Origin: a bacterium
GTDB lineage: Bacteria > JADJOY01
DNA: 64,000 nucleotides
Assembly: GCA_046331705.1 (NCBI GenBank)
Contig: JAXLQJ010000001.1
Coordinates: 186,001-250,000 of the forward strand
Direction: 5' to 3'
This document shows positions 31,183-42,132 of this stretch, one piece after another. Numbering within the stretch: the first letter of the stretch is position 1; every line of letters begins with the position of its first letter. A program made the position numbers and the translations under genes. The notes beneath the pieces were generated by a model. That model worked only from the letters and a program-made list of their open reading frames with translations. It ran no database searches and was not told where the DNA came from.

Positions 31183-32562
31183 GTGGTGCCGCCTCGATGC
31201 GCGGCATGCGGGTTGAGCGAGGTCAGATCGAAAGTCCCGAGGTACGGTCCGAGGCGGCCTCGATCGTGGCGAGGGCTTCCACCACTCGATCGCCGAGCGC
31301 GGCGGCGGCGAGGCCCAGTGGCGGTCGAAGTCGCCGTCTCGCGTGAACGCGGCGTACCACGGCACGCGCGGCGCAGCCGGCGCATGGCGCGCCACGCGCC
31401 CTCGAAGAAGCAGCGATCACCACGCAGCGTGGCGTCGGAACGTGGCGTCGCCGTCGCGTGCAACTCGGTTCGCGACGAGCTCTTGGCGGTGTGGACGGAC
31501 TCGAGCTCACCACCAGCCCGAAACATGGGCCGGCGCGCGCGGCACGACGGGCGCGCACCAGGCTCCGCGTTCGCGGGGGCACCAGCGAACGGGAACGGCT
31601 GCGGCTCGAGCGCGGTCGCGTACGACCGCGTCCACGATTGGTCGTACGTCGTGCATTCGTGCGACGACTACGATGACGGCACCGACTGGGACCTGCGCGG
31701 CATCTTCATGCGCTGGGACGGGGTCCGGCTCACATCGGAATCGATCATCGCGGACACCGCCGCCAACGAGCCGGTGGCTCAGGTGGCGTTCCCGGCCGCG
31801 AGCGAGAAGTGGCTCGCGACTCGGCCGGCGGGCACCAGCCCACCGAAGATCCGAGTGCGACTCGTCGGGAGCCCCACCGCGGACGCCATCACCATCGCCG
31901 ACTCCGGCGCGTCCTCCGACGTCCCGTGGCAGCCGTGGGGCGACGACTTTCGGGTCGCTCATCACCGCAACCGCGACAGCTTCGGGAAGCTGGTTAGTGC
32001 CAACGGGGTGATCGGCTGCGAGACCACGATCGCGGTGTGGTCGACTTGCGAGCAGCTCTCACGCGTCGCGAGCTGCAAGAGCCACCAGTTCCTGGTGGTT
32101 TGGCAAAACGGCGCCGACGACTCGGCGTTCGACACGGACGCCTACGACCGTTTCCTGCTCGGGAACGGCGGGTTCTGGCTCGACCCGCTGCAATGCGCCT
32201 GGAGCGTGTACCGCGACGAAGCGCCGGATGTGACCTGCTTGCACGGCGGCATCGACTACTGGGTGGCCCTCGATCAGGAGCGGGATCCGTGGCCGGCGTC
32301 ACCGCCGGGCGAGCTCGACGCGGCGCGGGTTCGATCCACCGGTGTCGTGAGCCCGAGCTTCGTGGCGAAGCCGCCAAGCGGAGCTGCGTTCGACCGCTCC
32401 GCGGCAGTGGCCGGCGCTCGCATCAGCCGGCCGGTCGCGGCCGACGGTTGGATGGACCCGGTCGCCGACAACGTCGACATCTACGGACGCGTCGCGTGGC
32501 AACTCTTCGGCGACAGCTTCGAGTGGGGCAGCACCAGCGCCTGGGGCTCGCACGTTCCGTAA
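31183..32562 (+). pseudogene. Probably degenerate beta-propeller-like secreted protein with C-terminal FxDxFE motif
   Basis: VAxNxxxDE.L.VW, AVAYD and FLVVWQ repeats; C-terminus LFGDSFEWGSTSAW; no credible signal peptide or start. Confidence 0.5.
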
Positions 32563-32637
32563 CGCTGCGTTTTACGGGTCCGCAGTTCAGCCTGCGGGGC
32601 GAGCACAGCTTCGCTCGCCCCCGCGCTCAGTCGCGCT

Positions 32638-33186
32638 TCACCCCCCGTGCAGGTTCGGGAAGAAGGCGGGCCACACGAGCGGGTCGAGGACGGCGCACTG
32701 GAACGCGAAGGCGATGGCGCCCACCCGCGCCGCGCGGTGGGCTTTGCGTGGCTCGGGGGGATCGACCTTCGCGAGCGCCCAGATCATGCCCAGCGCGCCG
32801 AGTGCCACGGCGAAGAGATCGAGTCGTACGGCGAGCCAGCCCAACCAGCTCGGCGACGCGAGGTAACTGAAGGTGAGCGGCATCCAGAGTGTCGAGGGCA
32901 CGAGGATCAGGAGGTAAATCCAGTTCACGAGCCCAAGCGTGTGACGAGCGCCGATCCGCGTCCGCTCGGGATCGCTCTTGAAGAACCAGAAATACGTGAA
33001 CGTCAGGTAGCCCACCGCCGCTACGGGCATCCAGCTCGAGTAATACGGTCGCACCCACTCGGGGATGTTGCCCCACAGCAGGTCGCCCTGGCCGGGATGG
33101 CGGGCGATCTCGAGCGCATAGCTGCCGAGCACGGCGACCCCGCCGATCACGTTGATCACACCCATCGCGAGCTTGCTGCGTTGCAT
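32638..33186 (-). CDS. Hypothetical integral membrane protein (about 5 TM)
   Basis: Hydrophobic segments; LW..IP, LWMPL, LD..VW. Confidence 0.72.
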   Translation of the reverse strand: MQRSKLAMGVINVIGGVAVLGSYALEIARHPGQGDLLWGNIPEWVRPYYSSWMPVAAVGYLTFTYFWFFKSDPERTRIGARHTLGLVNWIYLLILVPSTLWMPLTFSYLASPSWLGWLAVRLDLFAVALGALGMIWALAKVDPPEPRKAHRAARVGAIAFAFQCAVLDPLVWPAFFPNLHGG

Positions 33187-33323
33187 GCCTTCGATCCTCT
33201 CTCCGTGCCAGGCGCGCGCGCCCGGCACGAAGCGTATCCGAGTCGCCAACCCCGCGCTTGCGTGTCGTTTTCGTTTCGAGGATGTGACGGGCGCGCGTAG
33301 AATCGCCGCGGCACGAGGGCGGC

Positions 33324-35774
33324 ATGGACACACGACGTGCGACGCGACTTCAAACGCATCGATGCCGCATGCCTCTGTGCATCGCGGCCGCGGCGCTCGT
33401 GACCGCCTGTCATTCGGGCAGAGACGGAAGGACGGCCGTCGAGACGGCCGAACCGGTGCTTCTACCCACGCTGCAGGTGCTCTCGCCCGTGGGCGAGCAG
33501 ATCGACGTGGGGGTCGCGCCGCTCGGCGTGGCGCTTTCCCCCGATGGATCGCAAGCGCTGGTGACGGCGAGCGGCACCGCGCTGCAGCGGCTCACCCTCG
33601 TGGACGTCGCCGCGCGCACGAAATCCGCCGAGCTGGTGCCGGTCGATCTCTCGACCATCGTCAAGGGCGTGCTCCCCAACGGGCTCTTCCTTGGGCTCGC
33701 CGTGAGCCGCGACGGCAAGCGCGTCTTCGCCGCGGGCGGCGGGATCGACGTGATCTTCGAGCTGGCGCTCGGTGCGGGTAGCGTCGTCACCCAAGCGCCT
33801 TCCATCTCCGCGAGCGGCTTTCCCGCAGGGCTCGCGCTCGCGCCCGACGAGACCAAGCTCTACGTCGCGCTCAACCTCGCCGGGAAGCTCGCGCGCGTGG
33901 ACATCGCGCGGAGGAAGATCGAAGCGAGCGTCAGCGTGGGCGAGCAGCCGTGGGACGTCGTCGCGCACCCGAGCGGGCGTTGGGTCTACGTGTCGAGCCG
34001 CGGCGCGGGAACCGTGAGCCAGATCGACGCGGCGACGTTCACGGTCGCGCGCAGCACGACCACGGGTGCCCATCCCACGGCACTCGCGCTCACACCCGAC
34101 GGTCGGCGGCTGTGCGTCGCGAACACCAACTCGGACAGCGTCTCCATCCTCGACGCCGAAACCCTCGACCCGCTCGCGAACGTGGAATTCTTGCCGTTCG
34201 ACGGCGCCAAGCTCGGCAGCGCGCCCAACGGCATGGGCATGGCGCCCGACGGGAAGCGGCTCTACGTGGCGCTCGGCTGGGACAACGCGCTCGCCGTCAT
34301 CGATCCCAGCCGCGGCCGGCTGCTCGGCCACATCCCCACCGGCTGGTACCCGTCGGCGGTCACGGTGTCACCCGACTCGCGCACCATCTTCGTGACGAAC
34401 CTGAAAGGCGCCCGCTCCTTCCCGCGCACCCGCGACAGCCAGTTTCCCGACTACCTCATCAATCAGGTCGGCGGCGGCTACTTGGTGCCGGGCACCCTCT
34501 CGATTCTCGAAGCCCCCGACGCACGCTCACTCGCGTCGCTCAGCAAGATCGTCGCTGCGAACAACGGCTGGGACGCGGGGCTGCGGCCGGGTGACGCCCA
34601 GGCCATCGCCGGCGCAACAGAGGATTGCTCGGTGGTGCCCTGCGAGCCCGGCGGACCGACACCCATCGAGCACGTGGTCTTCGTGCTGCGCGAGAACAAG
34701 ACCTACGACCAAGAGCTCGGCGACCTCGAAGCAGGCGACGGCGACCCGAGCCTGCTCCTCTACGGGCGCGAGATCACGCCCAACACCCATGCGCTCGCCG
34801 AGCAATTCGTGCTCATGGATCAGCTCTACGCCGACAGCGAGAACAGCCGTCCCGGCCACCAATGGGTGAACGCGGCGATCGATCCCGACTACGTCGAGAA
34901 GACCTGGCCGAGCGCCACCAGCGGGCTCCGGCTGCGTCCCGACGATGCCGCCGATCCGCCCGTGCGGCCGATCGTCTACCCGGAGAGCGGCTACCTGTTC
35001 GACAACTGCCTCGTCCACGGCGTTCCGTACCGAAGCTACGGCGGCTTCGTCCGCGAGAACGCCGACGGCAGCCCCGTGGAAGCGTGGGCCAAGAACACCG
35101 ATCTCGCCTACGTCGCGTGGGACCTCGCGACTCCAGAGCAAGTGCGATTCAACGAGTGGAAGCGCGAGTTCGATGCCGGCATCTTCCCGCGCTTCGAGTA
35201 CGTCTATTTCCCCAACGACCACACCGCCGGCGCCAGCCCCGGGTACCCGTCACCAGAATTCATGGTGGCCGAGAACGATTACGTCACCGGCAAGCTCGTC
35301 GAGACCATCAGCCACAGCCCGCACTGGGAGAAGACGATCATCTTCGTCATCGAGGACGATCCCCAGTCCGGCGCCGATCACGTCGACAGCCACCGCACCG
35401 TGGGCCTCGTGATCGGCCCGCACGTGAAACGCCGCTTCGTGAGCCACGAGCGCTTCGACATGGCGCGCATGATCCGCACCATGGAGATGCTGCTCGGCCT
35501 GCCACCCATGAGCCGCTTCGATGCCATGGCCGCGCCCATGCGCAGCCTCTTCACCGCTACCGCCGACGGTCGCCCCTACGACGCATTCCCCATCGCCGTG
35601 CCGCACACCCTCAACACCTCCGACACACCGGGAGCCGCCGAGTCGCTGAAGATGGACTTCTCGCACCCCGACCGAATCCCCGACATGGCCCTCAACCGCG
35701 TGCTGTGGGGCCTGCTCAAGCGCGCCCCCTGGCCCCCCAAGAGCGCCCGCTTCTCGTCCGACCCCGACGATTGA
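33324..35774 (+). CDS. YVTN beta-propeller + alkaline-phosphatase/phosphoesterase-like bifunctional lipoprotein
   Basis: VTAC lipobox; P.G.A.SPDG repeats; ENKTYDQ.LGD, PNDHT.G, EDDPQSGADHVDSHR; start may be 33369. Confidence 0.85.
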   Translation: MDTRRATRLQTHRCRMPLCIAAAALVTACHSGRDGRTAVETAEPVLLPTLQVLSPVGEQIDVGVAPLGVALSPDGSQALVTASGTALQRLTLVDVAARTKSAELVPVDLSTIVKGVLPNGLFLGLAVSRDGKRVFAAGGGIDVIFELALGAGSVVTQAPSISASGFPAGLALAPDETKLYVALNLAGKLARVDIARRKIEASVSVGEQPWDVVAHPSGRWVYVSSRGAGTVSQIDAATFTVARSTTTGAHPTALALTPDGRRLCVANTNSDSVSILDAETLDPLANVEFLPFDGAKLGSAPNGMGMAPDGKRLYVALGWDNALAVIDPSRGRLLGHIPTGWYPSAVTVSPDSRTIFVTNLKGARSFPRTRDSQFPDYLINQVGGGYLVPGTLSILEAPDARSLASLSKIVAANNGWDAGLRPGDAQAIAGATEDCSVVPCEPGGPTPIEHVVFVLRENKTYDQELGDLEAGDGDPSLLLYGREITPNTHALAEQFVLMDQLYADSENSRPGHQWVNAAIDPDYVEKTWPSATSGLRLRPDDAADPPVRPIVYPESGYLFDNCLVHGVPYRSYGGFVRENADGSPVEAWAKNTDLAYVAWDLATPEQVRFNEWKREFDAGIFPRFEYVYFPNDHTAGASPGYPSPEFMVAENDYVTGKLVETISHSPHWEKTIIFVIEDDPQSGADHVDSHRTVGLVIGPHVKRRFVSHERFDMARMIRTMEMLLGLPPMSRFDAMAAPMRSLFTATADGRPYDAFPIAVPHTLNTSDTPGAAESLKMDFSHPDRIPDMALNRVLWGLLKRAPWPPKSARFSSDPDD

Positions 35775-35779
35775 TCTTG

Positions 35780-36350
35780 ATCTGCGCCGAGAGGGTTTTC
35801 GGCGCGACGAACCGACGCACGCACCGTGCGGCGCTGGTCCTTTGCCTCAGGCAGCAGCCGGCGAGCCGTGGCTCGGAGCCCTTTCCGGGCGCCGGCGATG
35901 TAGAACCGGACACCGCAGAGGCCGCGTTCGATGAGTTGGCCGAGCAGGTCGGCCCGCCTCGCCTCGAATTCCTCGGCGCCGATCGTGACGGCGAAAAGCT
36001 GTCGATGGCCGTCCTCTCCGACGCCGTAGGCAACCAAGCCGGAGACGTTCTCGACCTGCCGCACCCACCGGGCGTCGACGAACGTCGCGTCCAGGTAGAC
36101 GTGCTCGCACTCGTGCGTGAGCGGCGCCCCGCGCAGGCTCTCGACGTCGGCCGCAAGCCGCTTGGAGCAGGCTTGAAAAAGGACCAAGGCGGCGAACGAG
36201 GTGAGCGCCTGGCCCTCGAAGCGCAGTTCGGGCTGGGCATGGGTTTTCGCGTGCAACTGGAATCTGGTAGGCTTCATGGGTCAGCGGTTCTCGTTTGGCT
36301 TTTACTTCGACACGAAAAATCTTATAACACCGAACAACCCCTGACACTTT
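35780..36350 (-). mobile_element. Chimeric IS remnant: IS1380-like N-terminal fragment joined to IS256-like DDE fragment
   Basis: PELRFEGQALTSFAALVLFQ (IS1380-like start) followed by VYLDATF..LVAYGVGEDGHRQL..EE (IS256-like); both truncated. Confidence 0.65.
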
Positions 36351-36462
36351 GTTTTCCGCCGGCTTCCATCTATTTCGTCGCGAATGCGCACGGCTTTCAT
36401 GGTTGCGCAGCAGGATTCGCCCACCTCACTCCTTCAACTCGACGAGGTTCAGATACCTTCTC

Positions 36463-39400
36463 ATGAAAGTGCGCTTGCGACAGATTGTTTTCGTGACGGC
36501 CTTGCTGATCGCTGCACCGTGGGCATTAGCTGCGGACTTCGCAATCAATGCCTGCGATGACGTGTTAGATGGAAGTTGTGATGCTGCTCACTGTAGCTTG
36601 CGCGACGCGCTCGCTGCCGCGCACGACGCGACCGGGGCCAACTCGATCACGTACAGGGGTAGTGCTTGTGTGCTCGATGTACAACGCGCGGTTGGGATCG
36701 TGGACGATGATCTTATAATCGATGGAGGCAACCTGCTCAGCATCACTAACCACACCCTCGAAGCAGCAAACTACTTGATCGGGGTGACCGGCTCGCGAGT
36801 TCAGATTAAAAACCTTACTCTTCGTTCCGACCGTGCCCTGCAGATCACTGGCAATGACGTACGCATCGAAACCGTATCAATCGATTGCTTGAGCACCGAA
36901 ACGCGAGGGCTGGGTGTGGTCGTTATCGGCAGCATTCGCACAATCATTGACTCGGTGACGCAACTAGGCTGTAACGGAGCCGATCGGGGTGTCGGCACCG
37001 CCTGGCGAAACGTCGATTTCGGGGACGGCAGCCTCGAAGCTTTTCGTGCTTCGGGTGGGACGATTGATCGGGTCACAGCCGGGCTAGTGGAATTTGGACA
37101 CAACGGTGATGCGGTGAACGATGTCGAGATGCGCGACTCAAGCGTGTCCGCAGTCTACGTCGGAGTCGATGGGCCCGCCGACGGGATTAGCGTCGTCGGG
37201 ACGTCCTGCAGCGGACTCGGGCGTGGTGGCTGTATCGCGATCGGAAGTCAAGCACGCAATATCGAGATTGGCAGGTGTAACGTCGGAGAAGCCAATACGA
37301 TCTCGGGAGGTGACGTCGGAATCAGCGTGCAAACTGGAGCCGAGAATGTTCGATTGGCGTGCAATCAGGTAAGCGGCATGCCGACGGGAATCACTGTCGG
37401 TTCGCTGTCCGGCGCGGGTCCCGATTCAGTGGACATCGACCGCAATGACATTGACACACTGGTTGTCGGTGTTCAGGTGATTGGGGGTGATGCTCACATT
37501 CGAGACAACCAACTACGGAATGCAGCTCGCGGCGTTGAGGTACAACCGTGGCCGGGTACGGATTGGTCGTATGCGGGCTTGAACGACGACGTCGCAGCGC
37601 GACCAACGATCGAAGGAAACTCCTTCACGAGCTCTCGTGTCGGCGTCTTCGAGCTGGATACGGCAAGCGCCAACTCCGATGTGTTGCGCGGCGCTAACAG
37701 CTTTGGCGGCGTACGCGACGCAGATGTCGAGCGCGCGTGGCGCTATGGAGTGCGAGTCGTCGACCGCAGCGGCTCGGGAGTACAGGAAGCGACAACACTT
37801 GTTAGAGATGTATCCGGAATCGTAGTGGCGACGATATCCAGCGGTAGCAATGGGTTGCCTCAGGGGTTCGACTTCAACGCTGTTCCGGGCTGGCCAAGCA
37901 ACCTTCTCGCAGAGCGTGATGGCGATCGCAACCCGTTCACGATCGAGGCAATGGGGGAGGTCACGGACGGCGCCAGGCGTGTTCCGGCAACGGGCTCGCT
38001 GGTGGTGGTGATGGATGGATCAGCGGTCAGCCGCCCTACTCCGGACACGGGTTACGCCTGGTGCGTGGAGACGGACGGAGGGCTGTGCCGCGAGTACATC
38101 GCGGAGGTCGTGATCACGCCGACCGTGTCCGGTAACACGGCGCCCGCGGTCGAGATCACGGCGCCATCTCCTGGAACACGCGTCGAGCGCGGCATGCCCG
38201 TCGATCTCATCGCGAACGTGAGCGACGCCGAGGATTCGAGCCTGAGCCAGATTCACGTGCGCTGGTCGTCGAGCCTGGATGGGATTCTCTTCGACGGTGC
38301 TGCGGGCGAAGACGCACGTGCCGTGAATGGCACGACGGTTTTCAGCACGTCGACACTCTCGACTGGCGCCCACACGATCACCGTCGTGGCGACCGACTCG
38401 GCGGGCGCGACGGCTCAGGACTCCACCACGCTGACGGTTTTCGATCCAAGTGATCCAGCATGCGCGAGCGTTCCGACGGTAGCGATCCTGGCCCCTGACG
38501 ACGGCGACACGCTGACCAGCGACGAACCCGTGGCATTTCGGGTGGCGATCGGCGACGAGTCACCGGCGCCGGACGTGCTCACGCTGACTGTGCGGTCCGA
38601 CGTGGACGGTGCGCTCTTCAGCGCCGACGGCTTGGCTCCTGGTGTCGAGAGCTTCACCGCGAGTCGCCTCTCGACGGGCACGCATCGGGTGGTGGCCGAG
38701 GTACGCGACACCTGCCCGACGGCAAACGTGGCGCGAGATTCCATCCTCGTGCGGGTGGTCGACCCGACCAAGCCAGAGTGTGGTCACCCGCCGACGGTGG
38801 CGTTCACGAGCCCGAACGACGGTGCTGTGTTCGATCGGGGCCAGCCGGTCCCGTTCGCGGCGCGTCTGGACGACGAGGATCTTCCCGCTGACTCGTTGAG
38901 CTTCGATCTTCGCTCGAACCGCGACGGGCTTCTGGTTACACGCAGCGGTCTCTCCGCGGGTACCCAGTCGTTCGAGACGGCAGCGCTCTCGGTGGGGCTG
39001 CATACGATCACCGCGGGAGTCACGGATGCCTGCGAGCCGAGTGGTGCGGGTGCTGACACGCTCGCGATCCTGGTCCGTGACCCGGCACTCGACTGCGACG
39101 ACGACGGAACGCCGGATAGCAGCGAGTCGGATCGGGACGGCGATGGCACGCCGGATGACTGTGACAATTGCCCGACGAGCGCCAGCCTCTCGCAGACCGA
39201 CGGCGATGGTGACGGCGTTGGCGACGCGTGCGACAACTGTCCGCGGGTGGCGAACCGGGATCAGCTCGATTCCGATGGTGACGGCTCTGGCGATGCCTGT
39301 CCCGGCTCACCGCCGCCCACCAGCAGCTGCCCGGGCGCGCGGCCGTGCACCCCGAGCGACCTGGACTGCAAGATCGACGGTACGTGCGAGCCGAAACCCG

Positions 39401-39846
39401 CGTATGGCGGCGAGGTTCCGGAGCAATGGTTCGAGAAGGCGTCTGACGCGTTCCTGTTGCAAGTCGCGGCGGACGATCCAAGAGCGCTCGATACGCTGCT
39501 CGCGATCCTGACGGAAACGAATCGACAGGGCGATGTCACGAACGTCTCGGACCGCAACCGCCTCCGCGAGATCATCGAGAGTCTCCTGACCCAGCTTTGG
39601 CCGGCCGAGGTCGCACTGGTCGGCGATCTGCTCGGCTACGAGAGCGTCGATGGCGGTGGGCCTCCGGTCGGGCCGAATCACCCGCGCAGCGGCGGCGGCC
39701 TCTCGTGTTCCGTTGCGGTCGTGGGCAGCGCTGCAAGTCATCCCGCAGCTTCGCTCACGCCGCTCGTGGCCGTGCTCGTTTCGCTGGTCGGCAGACGGAT
39801 CCGACTTCGGCGCCTTGCCTCCGCCGGCCGACCCGCCGCTCGCTAG
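36463..39846 (+). CDS. Large surface protein: CSLREA-like motif, right-handed beta-helix, three Ig-like domains, thrombospondin type 3 repeats, MYXO-CTERM-like anchor
   Basis: Signal peptide; CSLRDAL; G.I.V beta-helix repeats; LSTGxHTIT x3; DxDGDGxGDACDNC; GGGLSCSV + TM + RRIR. Confidence 0.8.
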   Translation: MKVRLRQIVFVTALLIAAPWALAADFAINACDDVLDGSCDAAHCSLRDALAAAHDATGANSITYRGSACVLDVQRAVGIVDDDLIIDGGNLLSITNHTLEAANYLIGVTGSRVQIKNLTLRSDRALQITGNDVRIETVSIDCLSTETRGLGVVVIGSIRTIIDSVTQLGCNGADRGVGTAWRNVDFGDGSLEAFRASGGTIDRVTAGLVEFGHNGDAVNDVEMRDSSVSAVYVGVDGPADGISVVGTSCSGLGRGGCIAIGSQARNIEIGRCNVGEANTISGGDVGISVQTGAENVRLACNQVSGMPTGITVGSLSGAGPDSVDIDRNDIDTLVVGVQVIGGDAHIRDNQLRNAARGVEVQPWPGTDWSYAGLNDDVAARPTIEGNSFTSSRVGVFELDTASANSDVLRGANSFGGVRDADVERAWRYGVRVVDRSGSGVQEATTLVRDVSGIVVATISSGSNGLPQGFDFNAVPGWPSNLLAERDGDRNPFTIEAMGEVTDGARRVPATGSLVVVMDGSAVSRPTPDTGYAWCVETDGGLCREYIAEVVITPTVSGNTAPAVEITAPSPGTRVERGMPVDLIANVSDAEDSSLSQIHVRWSSSLDGILFDGAAGEDARAVNGTTVFSTSTLSTGAHTITVVATDSAGATAQDSTTLTVFDPSDPACASVPTVAILAPDDGDTLTSDEPVAFRVAIGDESPAPDVLTLTVRSDVDGALFSADGLAPGVESFTASRLSTGTHRVVAEVRDTCPTANVARDSILVRVVDPTKPECGHPPTVAFTSPNDGAVFDRGQPVPFAARLDDEDLPADSLSFDLRSNRDGLLVTRSGLSAGTQSFETAALSVGLHTITAGVTDACEPSGAGADTLAILVRDPALDCDDDGTPDSSESDRDGDGTPDDCDNCPTSASLSQTDGDGDGVGDACDNCPRVANRDQLDSDGDGSGDACPGSPPPTSSCPGARPCTPSDLDCKIDGTCEPKPAYGGEVPEQWFEKASDAFLLQVAADDPRALDTLLAILTETNRQGDVTNVSDRNRLREIIESLLTQLWPAEVALVGDLLGYESVDGGGPPVGPNHPRSGGGLSCSVAVVGSAASHPAASLTPLVAVLVSLVGRRIRLRRLASAGRPAAR

Positions 39847-41199
39847 ATGCCCTTGCGAAGCGAGCGCACGCCAGCGGAGCGCGCGCTCGTCGCCATTCTC
39901 GCGGGCGCCCATCTGGCGCTCTTTCTCGTCCTGCCGGTGGTGCAGATCACCGACCACAAGTACCTGCTCATGGCGTCGGATTCGTTGCTCCGACGTGGCA
40001 CGTTGCGCTTGGACGGCCTGTCGCTGACGGGCGCGCCGCTCGTGGCAGGCGCCGAAGCACGCTCACCGGACTACCGCATCGAGGTGGTGGGCGGGCACCA
40101 CTATCACTCGTTTCCGGTGGGGACGGCGGTCTTGAGCGCTCCACTGGTCGCCGCGGCACGGTTGCTCGGAACCGTCACGGCCGACGCGGACGGTTCGTAC
40201 GATCCGAGAGGAGAGCGGCGGCTCAATCGACTCGGCGCCGCGGCGATCGCAGCGTTCCTGGCGGTGCCCTTCTTCGCGCTCGCGCGATCGTTCGTGCCCG
40301 CTCGGCTGTCCGCGGCGCTGACGAGCGCCGTGATCCTCGGCACGCCGCTCACGAGCACCGTGTCGCGCGGACTCTGGTCGCACGACTTCGGGGTGCTGCT
40401 CGTGGCGCTGGCGCTCGCGCACGCCATCGCGGCGGAGGTCGGTGAGGCACGCCTGCGGCCGCTCTGGCTAGGTTCGTTGCTCGCGTGGGCGTATCTCTGT
40501 CGACCGACCTTCGCGCTCGCGGCGGTCGCATGCCTCGGTCGCCTCGCGTGGTCACGGCGCACGCGGGGCGCGGCGGCGTGGACGGCGATCGTCGGGGTGC
40601 TCTGGCTCGTACCCTTCACGCTTTGGGCGCACGCATCCCGGGGAAGCTGGTTGCCTTCCTACTACGCGCCTTCGCGTCTCGCCGTCGGTGGCTTCGTGAC
40701 GGGTTTGAGTGGGAACCTCGTGAGCCCCTCGCGAGGAGTCTTGGTGTTCGTGCCGTGGCTGCCGTGGCTCGGGTGGGCGGCGTGGCGCCGGCGCGAACGG
40801 CTCGCTGCGCCGGGCTGGGTGATCACCGCGGCGATCGTCACGATCGCTCAGCTGGTGGTGGTGGCGTCGTTCCCGAAGTGGTACGGCGGACATTCGTACG
40901 GTGCGCGCATGATGACGGACGTCGTGCCGTGGTGGTTCGCGGCCCTCGCCGTCGTGGCCGGCACGTTCGTCGACCCGAAGGCACGGCGCGCGGCCGGAAC
41001 CGGGCGCGGGCTCGTGGCAACGGGTGTCGTGCTCGGTGCGATCGCGATCGCGCTCAACGGAATCGGCGCGGCGAGCGAAGCGAGCTGGCGCTGGAACGCG
41101 CGCGACGGCGGCATCGACGCGAGCGTCGAGCGGCTCTGGAGCTGGCGCGAGGCGCAGTTCCTGGCGCCGCTTCAGGATGAGCCGAGACCCGCGCCCTGA
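39847..41199 (+). CDS. Polytopic membrane protein, GT-C-like glycosyltransferase
   Basis: Many TM segments; SRGLWSH, CRPT, SPSRG..VFVP, WYGGHSYGAR. Confidence 0.65.
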   Translation: MPLRSERTPAERALVAILAGAHLALFLVLPVVQITDHKYLLMASDSLLRRGTLRLDGLSLTGAPLVAGAEARSPDYRIEVVGGHHYHSFPVGTAVLSAPLVAAARLLGTVTADADGSYDPRGERRLNRLGAAAIAAFLAVPFFALARSFVPARLSAALTSAVILGTPLTSTVSRGLWSHDFGVLLVALALAHAIAAEVGEARLRPLWLGSLLAWAYLCRPTFALAAVACLGRLAWSRRTRGAAAWTAIVGVLWLVPFTLWAHASRGSWLPSYYAPSRLAVGGFVTGLSGNLVSPSRGVLVFVPWLPWLGWAAWRRRERLAAPGWVITAAIVTIAQLVVVASFPKWYGGHSYGARMMTDVVPWWFAALAVVAGTFVDPKARRAAGTGRGLVATGVVLGAIAIALNGIGAASEASWRWNARDGGIDASVERLWSWREAQFLAPLQDEPRPAP

Positions 41200-41373
41200 G
41201 CATCCACGCTGCGCCTTCTGCGCCTCGCCAGGCCGAACGCAGCGTCGGATTCCTGCGTGCGCGACCCTACGATCGCGAGCACCCGCCGTTCAAGCGCAGG
41301 CCCGTGAACGAAGACGATGGTGGAGACGCTCGCCGGCGGCGCCGCTGCTGGAACGGCGCCGCGCGAAGCGATG

Positions 41374-42132
41374 CTAGCGTCGCGCGATGGGGCGAGCGGC
41401 GAAGAGGCGGTCGTAGATCCAGCCCGGAATGAAGTACTGACGCTTGTTCATGACCGCACCAATGATGTTCCCGCCCGCGCGGTTGATTTGTTCGATCGCC
41501 ACGTTCACGACTTGGCGGCGCGTCTTGCCGGCTTCGATCACGAGCACGAGCCCATCCACGTGCTGGCAGAAGAGCAACGAGTGGGTGGAGTCGAGCACCG
41601 GTGGCCCATCCACGATCACCAGCCCGAACTCTTGTTTGAGCCGCGACATCAAGACGGGGAAGGCGTTTGCGAGCTCCACCAGACCGATGTCGCGCTTGCC
41701 CGCACCGATGGGCAGCACCCACAGGTTCTCGTCGACGAGCGGCAAGCAAGCCGAACCGATGTCGGCCCCCGCCACGTCCGCGAGCGCCGGCAGCCAGCCG
41801 TCCTTGGGATCGCCCAGACGCTCGCTCAACGCCGGGTGCTTCAAGTTCATGTCGACGAGCAGGATCTGCGCGTCTCCGAGGTTCCGCGACAGGTTGCGGG
41901 CCGAGCGTACGCAGCTGTAGGTCGTGCCTTCGCCGCCGTACGTGGAGACGAAGAGAAAGCTCTTCGCGACCGAGAAGCCGCCGCCGCCCAGCCCGAACGT
42001 GACCGCTCCGCCGCTCGAAACGACCGCGGGCAAGTTCGTGGGCGCGGTGCCGTTGCCGCGCGCTTCGGCGGGCTGCGCGCCCGGCGCCGGACCGGACTGA
42101 TACATCTTGAGCAGCAGTGGATCGATGGCCAT
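41374..42132 (-). CDS. CpsD/CapB-family BY-kinase homolog with degenerate Walker A
   Basis: STYGGEGTT, LLVDMNLKHP, VIVDGPPVL, GAVMNK..YFIPGWIY. Confidence 0.85.
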   Translation of the reverse strand: MAIDPLLLKMYQSGPAPGAQPAEARGNGTAPTNLPAVVSSGGAVTFGLGGGGFSVAKSFLFVSTYGGEGTTYSCVRSARNLSRNLGDAQILLVDMNLKHPALSERLGDPKDGWLPALADVAGADIGSACLPLVDENLWVLPIGAGKRDIGLVELANAFPVLMSRLKQEFGLVIVDGPPVLDSTHSLLFCQHVDGLVLVIEAGKTRRQVVNVAIEQINRAGGNIIGAVMNKRQYFIPGWIYDRLFAARPIARR

